Below are positions 50,594 to 62,164 of a stretch of DNA of 64,000 bases, piece by piece. Under the pieces are notes generated by a model. The model was not told where the DNA came from. It saw only the letters and a program-made list of their open reading frames with translations, and ran no database searches. Position numbers and translations under genes: made by a program. The DNA is taken from NCBI GenBank assembly GCA_026770705.1, contig JANJGN010000326.1, positions 496,001-560,000 of the forward strand, written 5' to 3'. Every line of letters begins with the position of its first letter. Within the stretch, counting starts at the first letter, position 1. The DNA comes from Isurus oxyrinchus (Eukaryota).

Positions 50594-53500
50594 GTGAGTA
50601 TAACGTTGAGCTGATTTTGCTGTAAAGATTTAAAAGTGGATTGACCCAAAACGTTCCGTGCTGCCTTTATCCTTTACCTTAGGCCTGAACTCATGACTTT
50701 TACTCTGATTCTTACAGGTGTCTGTCCACTTCCCGAACTGCTCCAAGCCGAAACTGCCTCTGCCGTCCCAGGAGGGTCCGTCACCTTAAGCTGCTCGGTA
50801 AAGAACAGAGATATCGGGGATAGATGGCTCCGTTGGTTCCGACAGACGCCGGGGAAGACACCGGTATGGATCCTGACCCATAAAAGCACCAATGATGGAG
50901 GCGCCCTCCTCCGAGGCTCAGGGTTCACCGACCGCTTCGCCCATTCTAGAGACGACGCAAAGAAAAGTTTCTCCCTTACCGTCAATCAAGTGGAGCTGAA
51001 GGACTCGGCTGTCTACTACTGCTCGCTTTTTGATTCTGGATACTATTTTGGCAAAGGTACAGAGTTACACGTAGTGGGTAAGTAAATATTGAGGCCGTGC
51101 TTGTGTTAAGGGGAGATTTTAGATTGCAAAATATTACACAATGTTGCAATAGTCATTGTGAAAAAACTTCACAAGCCCGACACGACGGCAATGACATTTC
51201 CTTTAGTGCTTGAGATGCTCGGCAGTTGGTATTTTATTAGTTGATAAAAGGTGAACTCGGTGATCGTTCAGCTGAGACGAGGCTAAGCGTTAATGTTGCT
51301 CCAATAAAAATTATTGTCAGGAATGCAGGAGCATTCTCAACTTCGCGGGATACGAAACAGAGAGTCCGAAATTCTTTGGATTCCATGGGGTAAAAATCGA
51401 CTTAGGTGGTGGCGGAAACGGACTTTATCAGATAGGCCGCGCCTTTTTCCCAGCGGCCAATAGTCAGTTGCCTTGTAGCCAATGGAACTAAATGTCAGGG
51501 GCTGCACTGAACCAGCAGCCTCACCGATACGGCCTGATTTGCGCCACTGCCAAGGCGGATTCCTATCCTTACCGTGCATTGTGGTGAATAGTAGGCGATG
51601 TTTGATGGTGCTAATCTCTATTCATTATTATTGGACGATGTTTGTTATTTCTGGGAGCTAGTTGGTATTGCCGTGTGAAACTGGTTAAAACTGGACCATT
51701 TTTTAACATTGCGTGACACTTGCTATTACAGGATATTTATTTCCTCAACGCCTGAGCAATCTATCTTATTACCACCACTCTTCAATTCTACATTTATTTA
51801 TGCTCACACAGCCATATGCATTATTGCTCTGGGGCGCAGTGCCAGCGGCGTGAGGGGGCAGTTATTGTTTTGTGGCTGAACGGTGCATAACCAACAATCA
51901 CAATTCCTTCAATGAATGTATTTTCCGTCACTTCCATATTAATGCATTGGCTCGAATAACTAAAAGCGTATACCGTAGAATAAACCGAAATTGATCAGAA
52001 CAATAGAATATTTAAATCTGAACAGGTACAGCTACCAAATATTAAATCACCCGATCTTTAATTTATTGGCAAACAGTATAATTCAATGTCTAAATATCCA
52101 GACATGTTAAGCATGAAGCATAATTAAAAAAAAAACATTAGTTGTCAGTAAGTTATAGGATTTGAAATTTCACTTTTTACTTCTGTTCTGAACTTGTATT
52201 TCGGCGCCATTTTTCTGGTATAAGCGCATCGAGAACATTGATCTTCGTGGCAAATATTAAATGAAACTGCAGACCTCTGCCATGATCATTGGAAAAGCTC
52301 ATTCGTGTCAATCAGTATTTATTAAAAAAAACCTAGACGTTATTGCACTTTAAGTTGCAGGTTAAGAGAGTGGGACAGGGTAAGAATGAAATAATTTAAT
52401 TGTGATATTATTGGAATGGAACACTGAGTATGATGTTAATGTTTACACAGAGGGCCGTTACACTCCCTCTTGGTATCATTTCTGTTGTGTCAGCCATGGT
52501 TTAGTGGTAGCACTCTGACGTTTGAGTCAGAAAGTTGTGGGTTTAAATTTCCTACAGTACAACATTGAGAAAAAAAGGTATATAATTTGGAGCTGCCATG
52601 TATTATTTATTTTAAGCCATAAACCATTAGTTTAGAGCGGAGCTCCGAGGCAAAGAAACGTTCAAATAAGAATGTTCAATGTTCCACGTATAAACATCAT
52701 CATCAATAGAATTAATTTCAGAAAATGACAATGATTCCGAAAAGAAAAAAAAGGTTTCAAATTGCCACCGATTGTTATTTGTTCCGACGGGGAAGAATTG
52801 CTCTCATTTCAGTGCAGGTTGGTGGGATATAGATGGGATATAGATGCCTTTTCCTTCGATCCATGGCAATTCAAAGCCCAGTGAATGCCCAACTTGTCTT
52901 TGAATGCAAAGCAGGGAACATATTCTGGGGTGCATTTCCTATTTCAATTCAAAAAGTGACCCGTGCAATTACTTCCCCCACAGTTCAAAGCATTTATAAT
53001 ATTGCTGAAATTTTATTTTTCTTTCAATTGTTCCTGATGCTACTGATAAGTGCTAGAAAATAGTCATTGTCGGCCATCATTCAAACAGCTCCCGATACTC
53101 AGCTCCACTAACTGCATGGACAAGGATATCAGGCGCTGTGTAGAAAGGCCGGTAGAATCAATGCCGTCTGTATTGTTCCGTCGCCTGGGGCGAATTTATA
53201 GCCAAAATCATTGCAAGACATTTTGATACTGAAGTGTAGGTCAATCAGTTGGATCTTGCGCTGGAGAGCTCACTTCTGGTTAGTTTTTTTAAAGTTAGCG
53301 CATGATAATTTTAATGTGGTTAGTGCAAAGGTTTCGATCTTTCCAACAATAAAGTGCTGTATTTGTCTGTTTGAATGTCAGACTTGCAGATTAGAAATTA
53401 TCTAATTTTCCGCGATAGAGAAATACAATGTAATCAATTTCAGGAAAAATAAATACAGGCAATGCTTCTTTTAATGATTCACATTTTGGCCACTGGCTGT

Positions 53501-55276
53501 AGGTACGTTTACAAAAAAATAAAGGCGTTCCTCCTGAATAAAAGGTAGCAGCTGAGGATATTACACGAATCATTTTTTTACAAAAATGCAGAAGGCTTAG
53601 TGTGCACTGATCTACAACACACCGAGCGGCTGCGCTTTCAGCTGGAGTGGAGCAGAATCAGAAGCACATTAGGTGGAATACGTTTTGTAGAACAAATAAA
53701 TGTGACAGCGGCGATGACTCTGCTTGTTTGTATTGCTGGCAGATATTTGGCATATCTGTTTGGGAGTTCCCCAACATATAACAGAAAATGGAAAGTCCCC
53801 TTTTATTTAGCAAATTGTTCACACCAAGCAATTCGAGGAATTTTCCATCAAACTATTGTGAAAACTAAAAGATATTGGCGAAAATGTTACGCGGTGATAG
53901 TAAATAATGGCGTCGTAGCATTTTAAAATAATTTACTTTGAACATAGTGGGCTACAGAGCGAAGGTGACCTATTATTATTCGCCTTCAATGAACCAAAAT
54001 TTACCTACGCAGTGTGGGACTGAGTCACATGTCGACACGGCGGGTAGGAATGGGGTTGGTCCATTTCCTGTGAGCCACTTGATTATTACAACAATCCGGA
54101 AGCTTGTTTGCCTCCAGCGTAATTGAATTCAATTCCTGAAATTGTAATGGTGTGATCATAAGCCCATAACTAAGCCCATCAGAGAAGCAGGACGGGAGTT
54201 CTGTAGACAGACTGTAAATCCTGGGATAAAAACAAAAAAAAAACTGCGGATGCTGGAAATCCAAAACAAAAACAGAATTACCTGGAAAAACTCAGCAGGT
54301 CTGGCAGCATCGGCGGAGAAGAAAAGAGTTGACGTTTCGAGTCCTCATGACCCTTCGACAGAAACAACTGGTTCTGTCGAAGGTTCATGAGGACTCGAAA
54401 CGTCAACTTTTTTCTTCTCCGCCGATGCTGCCAGACCTGCTGAGTTTTTCCAGGTAATTCTGTTTTTGTTTTGTAAATCCTGGGGTTGTTTCCTTAGAGC
54501 AGAGACGTTTATGGGGTAACTTAATGCAGGTATTCAAACCATTAAGGACTTCAATAGCGACAGGAAAGTCGGTATTCACGGAATACAGATATAAAGCGAA
54601 TGGAAGAAGAACCAGAGCGGCCATGCGGGATTTATTTTTCTTTTTATGCAACGGTTTGTTGTGATCTGGAGGGCACGGATGGGAGGACGGTGAAAACAGA
54701 TTCAATAATAACTTTCAAACGGGAATGGGATGTATATTTGAGTGGACACTATGACGGGGTTAAGGGAAAAGGGTACATGACTGAGACAAGATGAATAATT
54801 ATTTGAAAAGCCGGCAGAGGCACTGATGGACGCCTCATTCTGTGCGGTATTTTCCGAGGGTTCTATGATAACCATACCGTTAAGCTACAATAATAATGCC
54901 TCTTACAGTGACAGTCCATGTCATCTATGTACCATCTGTTGCAGATCGTCAACTACAGGTGCCATCACTGGAATTGTTTCCGCCTTCGCGCCAGGAAGTA
55001 ACTTCAGCTGAAACAGTGACGCTGAGCTGTCTGATTCGGGGCTTCTACCCAGCTTTCGTGGACATTCTGTGGAAAGTGCGGGGCATTGAGACGCAGAGCG
55101 GAGTGTCCACAAATCTACCTAATCTTGAGGCTGACAACAGCTACAGCATCAGCAGCTACCTGAGGGTCCCTGTCAGCTCTTGGAACTCGAAGGATCACTA
55201 CTCGTGTCTGTTCAGATACAAGTCTCAGGATACTCTCGTTCAGAAATCCATCAGCTTGGACACCTGCAATCGCTAA
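50548..55276 (+). CDS. Germline-joined (non-rearranging) Ig light-chain-like protein, L-VJ-C1, 245 aa; join(50548..50593,50718..51077,54945..55276)
   Basis: Kozak ACCATGG; three exons with GT-AG phase-1 introns, open throughout (738 nt including stop); V with C..WFRQ..DSAVYYC, J FGKGTELHV, C1 with LSCLIRGFYP..W..YSISSYL..W..YSC and terminal Cys; secreted, no TM. Confidence 0.93.
50718..51077 (+). CDS. Exon 2: pre-joined VJ domain
   Basis: Acceptor ttcttacag; (S)VCPLPELLQAETASAVPGGSVTLSC..WFRQTPGKTPVWILTH..RGSGFTDRF..DSAVYYCSLFDSGYYFGKGTELHVV; GTAAGT donor at 51078. Confidence 0.95.
52484..52560 (+). mobile_element. tRNA-derived SINE head fragment
   Basis: tggtttagtggtagcact (A-box-like) and gtgggtttaaatt (B-box-like); no complete cloverleaf. 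Confidence 0.55.
54226..54471. mobile_element. Inverted (hairpin) Penelope pLTR insertion with 13-bp target-site duplication
   Basis: Arms 54262-54363 and 54372-54473 are reverse complements with about 2 mismatches; TGTAAATCCTGGG at 54213-54225 and 54472-54484; followed by a CR1 relic. Confidence 0.9.
54945..55276 (+). CDS. Exon 3: C1-set constant domain (Ig light-chain-like)
   Basis: Acceptor ctgttgcag; (D)RQLQVPSLELFPPSRQEVTSAETVTLSCLIRGFYPAFVDILWKV..NSYSISSYLRVPVSSWNSKDHYSC..QKSISLDTCNR*. Confidence 0.95.
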
Positions 55277-55353
55277 AGACCGGCTATTAGCTCAAGGCAA
55301 TAACTCCTGAGTTTAATTTCAAAGCGAAACGTGGCAGTAATCTCGGCAGATTT

Positions 55354-55639
55354 AATAAATGTATCTGACGGGCACGAAGTTTTAATTTCCTGGCTAAATA
55401 TTTGTGACATTGTGAACAGCAGGAATTATACATTTTAGAATTGCTTTTTAATTTTCTCGAACAATAACCAAAGTGAGAATAACCTGTTCTATATTTAAGA
55501 TGCCGATGATTGTTTCTTCCTCTGCATGTGAATTGTAACTGAGTTTTTCAAACGAATGGGGTTCGATTGCTTAAATTATGTGTAATTAGAAAGCGATTAA
55601 ACTGCCAGCCTCAATATTTCTCAGCTTTAGCAGAATAAA
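55354..55639 (+). terminator. Candidate polyadenylation signals
   Basis: AATAAA at 55354-55359 and 55634-55639 downstream of the stop codon. Confidence 0.6.
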
Positions 55640-55789
55640 ACTTATGCTTTCTCGTCCCTTGAAGTAACCTGAATTCTTTGCATTCCTATATTGAAACTGA
55701 ATCTCTGCCCTAAGGTGCCCAATGATTCTGGGGAGCCTTCATCGACATTTTCCTTTCTTTGTTCTGGACATTATATTATACAAACAAAA

Positions 55790-56170
55790 CGTGTACAAGA
55801 TTATGAGGGGCATCGACAAGATGGATAGGGAGTAGCTGTTCCCCTTAGTTGAAAGGTGAGTCACGAGGGGACATGAGTTCAAGGTGAAGGGCAGGAGGTT
55901 TAGGGGGGAGGGGTGGGGGTTGTGTGGAAAAACCTTTTTACCTGGAGTGTGGTGACGATCTGGAATGTACTACCTCGGTGGGTGGTGGAGGCGAGTTGCC
56001 TGACAGCCTTTAAAAAGTACATGGATGAGCACTTGGCACGTCATAACATTCAAGGCTATGGGCTAAGTGCTGGAAAATGGGATTAAGTAGGTAGGTCAGG
56101 TGTTTCTCATGTCGGTGCAGACTCTATGCGCTGAAGGGCCTGTTCTGCATTGTGTTATTCTGTGATTCTG
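55790..56170 (+). mobile_element. CR1-type LINE 3' end
   Basis: gtgtacaagattatgaggggcatcgac..acgaggggacat..ctgaagggcctgtt.ctg. Confidence 0.8.
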
Positions 56171-56859
56171 TGAAAATAATGAGCGTGTTTTGGAAAATAA
56201 GGGAAATTTCAATCATCGCTACATCGCTAGGTCGAAGTGTCGAATCTCTTGAGGGCACCACTGCACAGAAGCAACAGAGCAGCCTTTCCCCTTCCACGAA
56301 CTCCCCCCGCCCAACTGCAGTACCACGTTCCCCGCCACCCCCCGCCCCCCAACGCCGCTCTCCTCCTCTCCTTCCCCCCTCGTCTTTCTGAGGACCCGTG
56401 TCTCTTCGATTAGAATGTACTTCTTATTCCCTCTTCAATGCAGACAAGTGGGAAGACTTTGCGCTTCACTGCCTCAGAGTTAGAGATACACAATCTTGAA
56501 GCAAGTCATTCTACCCCCGTGAATTTACCAAAACTAAGGGGAAACTCTGCATTTCCAATGCTGAATTGGAAACCATCTTGTAATTATGTCATGGAATAAA
56601 ATTGATATAACATAGAAGGAAACAATGTGGTCACACAGGCCCCGTGAGAGCAAATCAGCTGGTCCCAATAAAATAATAGAATTATTCTCATTAAAATGTT
56701 TGTACCTATCAATCAAAATGCACAATATTAGAAAGTCAAACTGCCTATTTATCACAAGATGTATTTGGCCTTGCCGAGCCTGGCATCAATGGGACAAGCC
56801 TGAAAGAACAACGTGTTTCTGCTCAAAAACTAGTATTTTTCATCGTATCACAGAAAATT

Positions 56860-57470
56860 TATAGCACAGAAATCGTGTTTGCTCCGGCCAAAAAATGAGC
56901 CATCCATCCTAATCCCACTTCCCAGCATTTGGCCCGTAGCCCTGCAGTTTACAGTGCTTGATGTGCATATCCAGACACCATTCAAATGAATTGAGGGTCC
57001 TTGCATCTACTACCCTTTCAGACAGTGATTTCCATATCACCACTAACCTCTGGTTTTAGAAATTCATTATACTCCCCTCTAATCCTTCTGCCAATCGCTT
57101 CAAAGATACGTCCCCTCGTCACTTAGCTCTCTGCTAAGGTAAATATGCTCTCCCCATGCACTCTATCAAGATCCCGCACAATTTTGTACATCTCAGTCAA
57201 ACCTCCCCTCAGCCTCCCTTGTTCCATTGAGAAAGATTTTAGGCTATCAAACATTTCCTCTTAGTTGCATGTTTTAGAGTCTTCGCAACATCCTCATAAA
57301 TCTCCTCTGGACCCTCTCTAGTGCAGTTATACCCTTTCTGTAATGAGGTAGCCAGAACTGCACACAGTTCTCAACTTGTGGCCTAAAGAATGCTTTATAC
57401 AGTTCGAGTATTTACCCTTCTATCTTACATTCTATACTTCATCTAACAAAGAGAAAGATTCCAAATATCT
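56860..57470 (-). mobile_element. CR1-type LINE 3' end
   Basis: Antisense ccagaactgcacaca, aaatctcctctggaccctctc; colinear with 3333-3900. Confidence 0.75.
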
Positions 57471-59799
57471 TCTTGAGCCGAGTTGCGCTCAGCTGACCGA
57501 GAATCGAACCTGCCTCTCAGTGGCTCCACAACCACAAGAGCACCATGGAACCTAAGGCAATTTCTCGAATGAAACCTTTGAATGTCCTGCTTTCCAAAAC
57601 CAACTAACCCAAATGTCTTTTGTTAAATTAATTCATGCACTCTGACTAATAACAAATTCAGTTGATCCTCTGTTAACACATCTCCACAACCATTTCATCA
57701 ACCCCCAGACCCTATAATTATTTGATCTTAATATTGCATTAAGTTATCCTGAACAGTGGCATGAAGCTTCCCTCCCGTAGCGGATCAGAGAAACCAAACC
57801 ACATTTGTTTTCTTTCTTCAAAACCTTATAGATATTGAATGTCCATTTTTATCATCTTTATCAGTTCCAGACCTCTAATGAAAAACAAATCCTGTTAAGT
57901 CTTTTCAGAACTGTCATCTCTCACCCCTCATTATGCCCTAGAGATTTGCGACTGCTTGGGTACATTGTCATTCAAGTCTTTCAAACAATTGCGTCGTACC
58001 AAACAATGCACAATCTTTACATCCCCTATGACTTCTTATAATGTTATTATTCCGTCCTCACATCAAATAAATTGAAACCAGTAGAACTATTTTGTTCCAT
58101 TTTGAAACAAATTTAAATTTAGGAGGGGTGGGGCAGGCGCGGATGAAAAAACTCATCTGGTCCAGTCACATAGAACTCCTCCAGCTGCGACCTCGACCGC
58201 TTCCCGATAGATTGACCTCCAGGACATCCTCTATTCTCCAATCTCTGATCTCCTGATAGATGGAACTCCAGTACATGCTCTCTTGCACAAGCCCTGACAT
58301 AATCTCTGATACAAACCCTGATTTTCCTGATAGATAGAGTTGCTGGACATTCCCTTTTGTACACTGCATCCTGAAAGAGCACTGTCATATATTTTCTATT
58401 CTTTAATTTTATATATTTATCCATGAATGTCTCCGGCTTATCTTTTCCCTGATTTCGGTGTGATTTTCTTTACTTTTCGATGATTGGAATATCGACCTTT
58501 CAATTTATAATGTTGTCACAGAGGTTCCAAGTATTTCCACGTTGTTAATGCGTGGGTTCCTGATTCAGCAATTTACCACACTTTCCCATGATTTTCCATT
58601 ACTTAATTCCCGGTCCTGTAAATAATCATTCATTTCAGATCATATAATACAACAGCAGAGGGTGTGATTTTATTGTGGAAAAAAGCACAATCATTTATTG
58701 TCATTTATTTGCCCCCACCATTGCTGGAGTTAAGAGTGATTGAGTTTTTTTTTTGGCAATATTGCTATTGATTTCATTCATATCTAATAATTTCATTGAG
58801 TAAGGTGATTTTATGGTTACACCTTGTAAAGATTACTCAGAAAAGAGCACTTCTTGCCTTAAAGGCGTTCATGAGAAGATCTGGTTGACTTCGTCATTTT
58901 TCTAAAGAACTCCTAAGGGAACAACTGCCCTGTTCAGTGAAAATGTTAAATGATGTAATTGAAAAATTGTCTTAATCAGTGTTACCATTCTCACCAAGAA
59001 AACTTTTGAAAAACCTAAAACAGACTATTATAGCATTTTCTATCAAATTACAATCATTTTAATTTTTATTCGTTCAATTTCTGTGACAAGTGTCACCAAC
59101 TCACCCTATTCAGAACCTTTAAGTTGCTCAAGGCGCTTCACGTCAAAGGTTTCAGCTCAAACTTTACAATAAGGCAATGAGTGGGCTACAAAATAAGATA
59201 CGCAAACGCTCACCACCCTGTCACAAAGCACAATGAATCTGGTTTGGTGTCTCGAGTCACTGGGATTTGGGGAAATGGTGGTGGAGTGGAAATGTAAAAA
59301 ATTGAACCAGTAATACCGAACGCCATACTGTTGCTTAGGGAGCACGGGGTCAAAGCCCACCACAGGTGGCTGGTGGAATTTCAATTCAATTATTTAATAA
59401 ACAGGAAAAATAATTGAAACTCATTTCCGTACTTATGTCAGTATCGCCGTAAAAAGAAAACTTCTGGTTATGTAATGTTATGTAAGGGAGGGAATTAACC
59501 GTCCATACCTGTTCTGACCTAGATGCAGCTTCAAATCCATAGCAATGTGGTTGAATTTGAAATTCCCTCTGAAGTGACCCAGGAAACCATGAAGTCGGAT
59601 CAAGCTGTTACAAGAAAGTGAAAAGGGAATACAACCGGCTGGAACACCTGGTATCCAATTATGTAGCGGAGATGTTGAAAATGTCATGTAGCAAGACAAC
59701 GAGGATGGCAGTTATGTATTGTAAACCTACATCAGCTCCTAACAGTGGCATAATAGTCAGGTAGCAGAATTTGCTAAAAGCACAACAAGGATCAGTACT

Positions 59800-60245
59800 C
59801 TCTAAAAGCAAAACATAAGAACAAGTTACAGTTTGGCCCTGCGGGAGGAGGTGGGTTGAGCATGACAGAGTTTATAATCTGAACTTGTTGAATTCAATGT
59901 TGGATCCAGAAGGCTGCAAAGTGCTGAGTTGGAAGATTAGGTGTTGTTCCTCCAGTTCCCCAATCCAACCGAAAGGAACAGCACTTTAACACTATCATTA
60001 CCACCTCCGTTGTTTTGTGTCCATGACACCTTTGACAAATCTCAGCTGATCTCCCAGTTATTCCTGACCTTCTATTTTGTTCCACGTGCTTCACCCCCCT
60101 CTCTTCAACAACGTAAAACTAACCACATTTCTACCTCTATTCAGCTCTGAATAGTTGGATGGGCGTGAACAGTTAACTCTATTTCTGTCTCTACAGATAC
60201 TGCCAGGCTGGCTGAGTGTTTGCAGCATTTTTTGTTTTCTTATAT
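59800..60245. mobile_element. Old Penelope-like 3' relic with internal inversion
   Basis: ttgttgaattcaatgttg..ccagaaggctg.aaagtgc..gttgttcctccag (antisense GIY-YIG tail), then a sense pLTR ending cagatactgccaggctggctgagt. Confidence 0.6.
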
Positions 60246-62164
60246 ATTTTAGATAATCTCTATCAACGATGTTATTTTTCATAAATGACAGAACTTTCAG
60301 GGATCAGCAAGTCTCCCACCATTTATCATTGGGGAGCTGGACATTTATCACATGTTTCCATGCACAGATATCTGCCCCATCTCAGGGACAGGAGAGGCGT
60401 TCTAGAAGGGGCAAAGCTGCCCCCAGTTTTTTTTTACACCTTCATGGGGTGTGGAAGTCAATGGCTATGCAAGCATTTATTGCTGAACCTAATTGCCCTT
60501 GTTCAGCTGGAATTTAAGAGTCAAACGCATTGCTATGGATCTGGGGTCACATGTAGGCCAGACCAGGCAAGGACAGCAGATCTCCTCCCCTAAAGGACTT
60601 TAGTGAATCACATGGGTTTTTACAGCAATCAGCAATGGCTTCATGGTCACCTTGAGGCATATAATTCCAGATTTTCTTTATTGAATACAAATTTCACCAT
60701 TGGCCCCGCAGGATTTTAAGCTGGGTCACCAGAGCATTACACGGGAGCAACTGCAGGATCACTATGCTACCGCCTCCCCTTCATCGAGGCCACCTTAATG
60801 CCCTTCCCAGTGCAGATATAATAGATGTGGTCAGTTTATGTCGAACGCTGGGAAAAGGACGAAGCCCAGGCAGAATCACGCTGCATTGGAGATTACCGAC
60901 GGGGTCAACAGTGTTTACCTGGTGAGGAGGACTTGGCCCAGTGCCATTAAAGGATCAACGACTTCATGAGATCTGATGCGGGTAGTTAAATCTCAGCCTT
61001 ACACACTTGGGGAGGCAGAGGTTTGCCTATGCCTTCGCAAAGTATTTTGGGTTGTTTCTGAACGTCGTGGTCCAGCCCTGGTCTATTTCTTTCATGGAAC
61101 TACAGCAACCTGAACCTCCCCGTGTTCTGTTCTCCATCTCGCCTCCTCCTCCTATTCATTCTCTCCTCCTCCTCACTGGAGGTTGACTTACCAACTGAGG
61201 CAACAATCCCCATCTGTCTTTGACACTTTTCACCCCACACCCCTTGTTAATGGACTGGAAAATATTACATCAAAAGGGCCCTCCGCATTAGAGGAGAGTT
61301 CTCCTCATGTCAAATATCCCAAAGGTTTCCCTCTTCACTCAAATGAGCACTTCCTGAAGTCAATAGAATTTGAACTGTAAAGCTGAGGCGCTGCAGCTTT
61401 AAAACGCGCCCAAACAAGCATCACCTTAAAAAGAAAGGTTTTGCCAACTGTGCAAAGCCTGGCCCTGAAAGCGTAAAATTGCCTCCAGACCGCATTATAG
61501 CAGTGAGATGGGTAGTTAACGGCTGAATTGCCTTTTCCATTCATATTTCAGTGATGCGGGTGGGGTCCCGAATTTTGACCCGCCGGGTGCAGTTTTCCCG
61601 GAAACCGGCTTGGTGACGTCATAAATGGTGTCAGACGTCATCACGCCCCATCATATGATCAAACAAGCAATAAACGCCTCCAATCTGGAAGCGTAAAATT
61701 CAGCCCCCTCAGCGGCGGTGCAGAGGAGCTTATGCCGCCCCAAGGGTTTACAGTCACAGATGTATCTACCTGCAACTGATCTCATGACGCCTTTGAGCTT
61801 TTTGTGGTACTGGGGCAAGTTCGCATTGCCACGTTAGCACCGTTGACCTCGTGGACCACCTCCTCCCGTGAAGCACGAGTCTGCCTGGGCTTCCTGTCTT
61901 CCCACCGCTGGGCATGAGCTGATCACCTCGATCACATGCTACATGCAGGTGGGGACCGAGACCGGCCTCATCAAACCTGGGGGAAGCTTTCCCCTTGATA
62001 AAACACCATTTCCCTCGCTCCGATGGCGCAGACATCTATGTATGGAAATATGTGATAAATGTTGACAGATCATTGACAGAAAGTGAGAGACTTATTGATG
62101 TTTTAAAATTCTGCCACCTATGCAGATTTACACGATTGGCAGAGATTAACCAAAATTTAATATG

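Noticed and set aside
50693-50717. ORF-track start MTFTLILT as the Ig signal peptide
   Set aside because: Intronic polypyrimidine tract; the true leader is exon 50548-50593
52484-52560. tRNA gene
   Set aside because: Only degenerate A/B boxes and no full cloverleaf; SINE head
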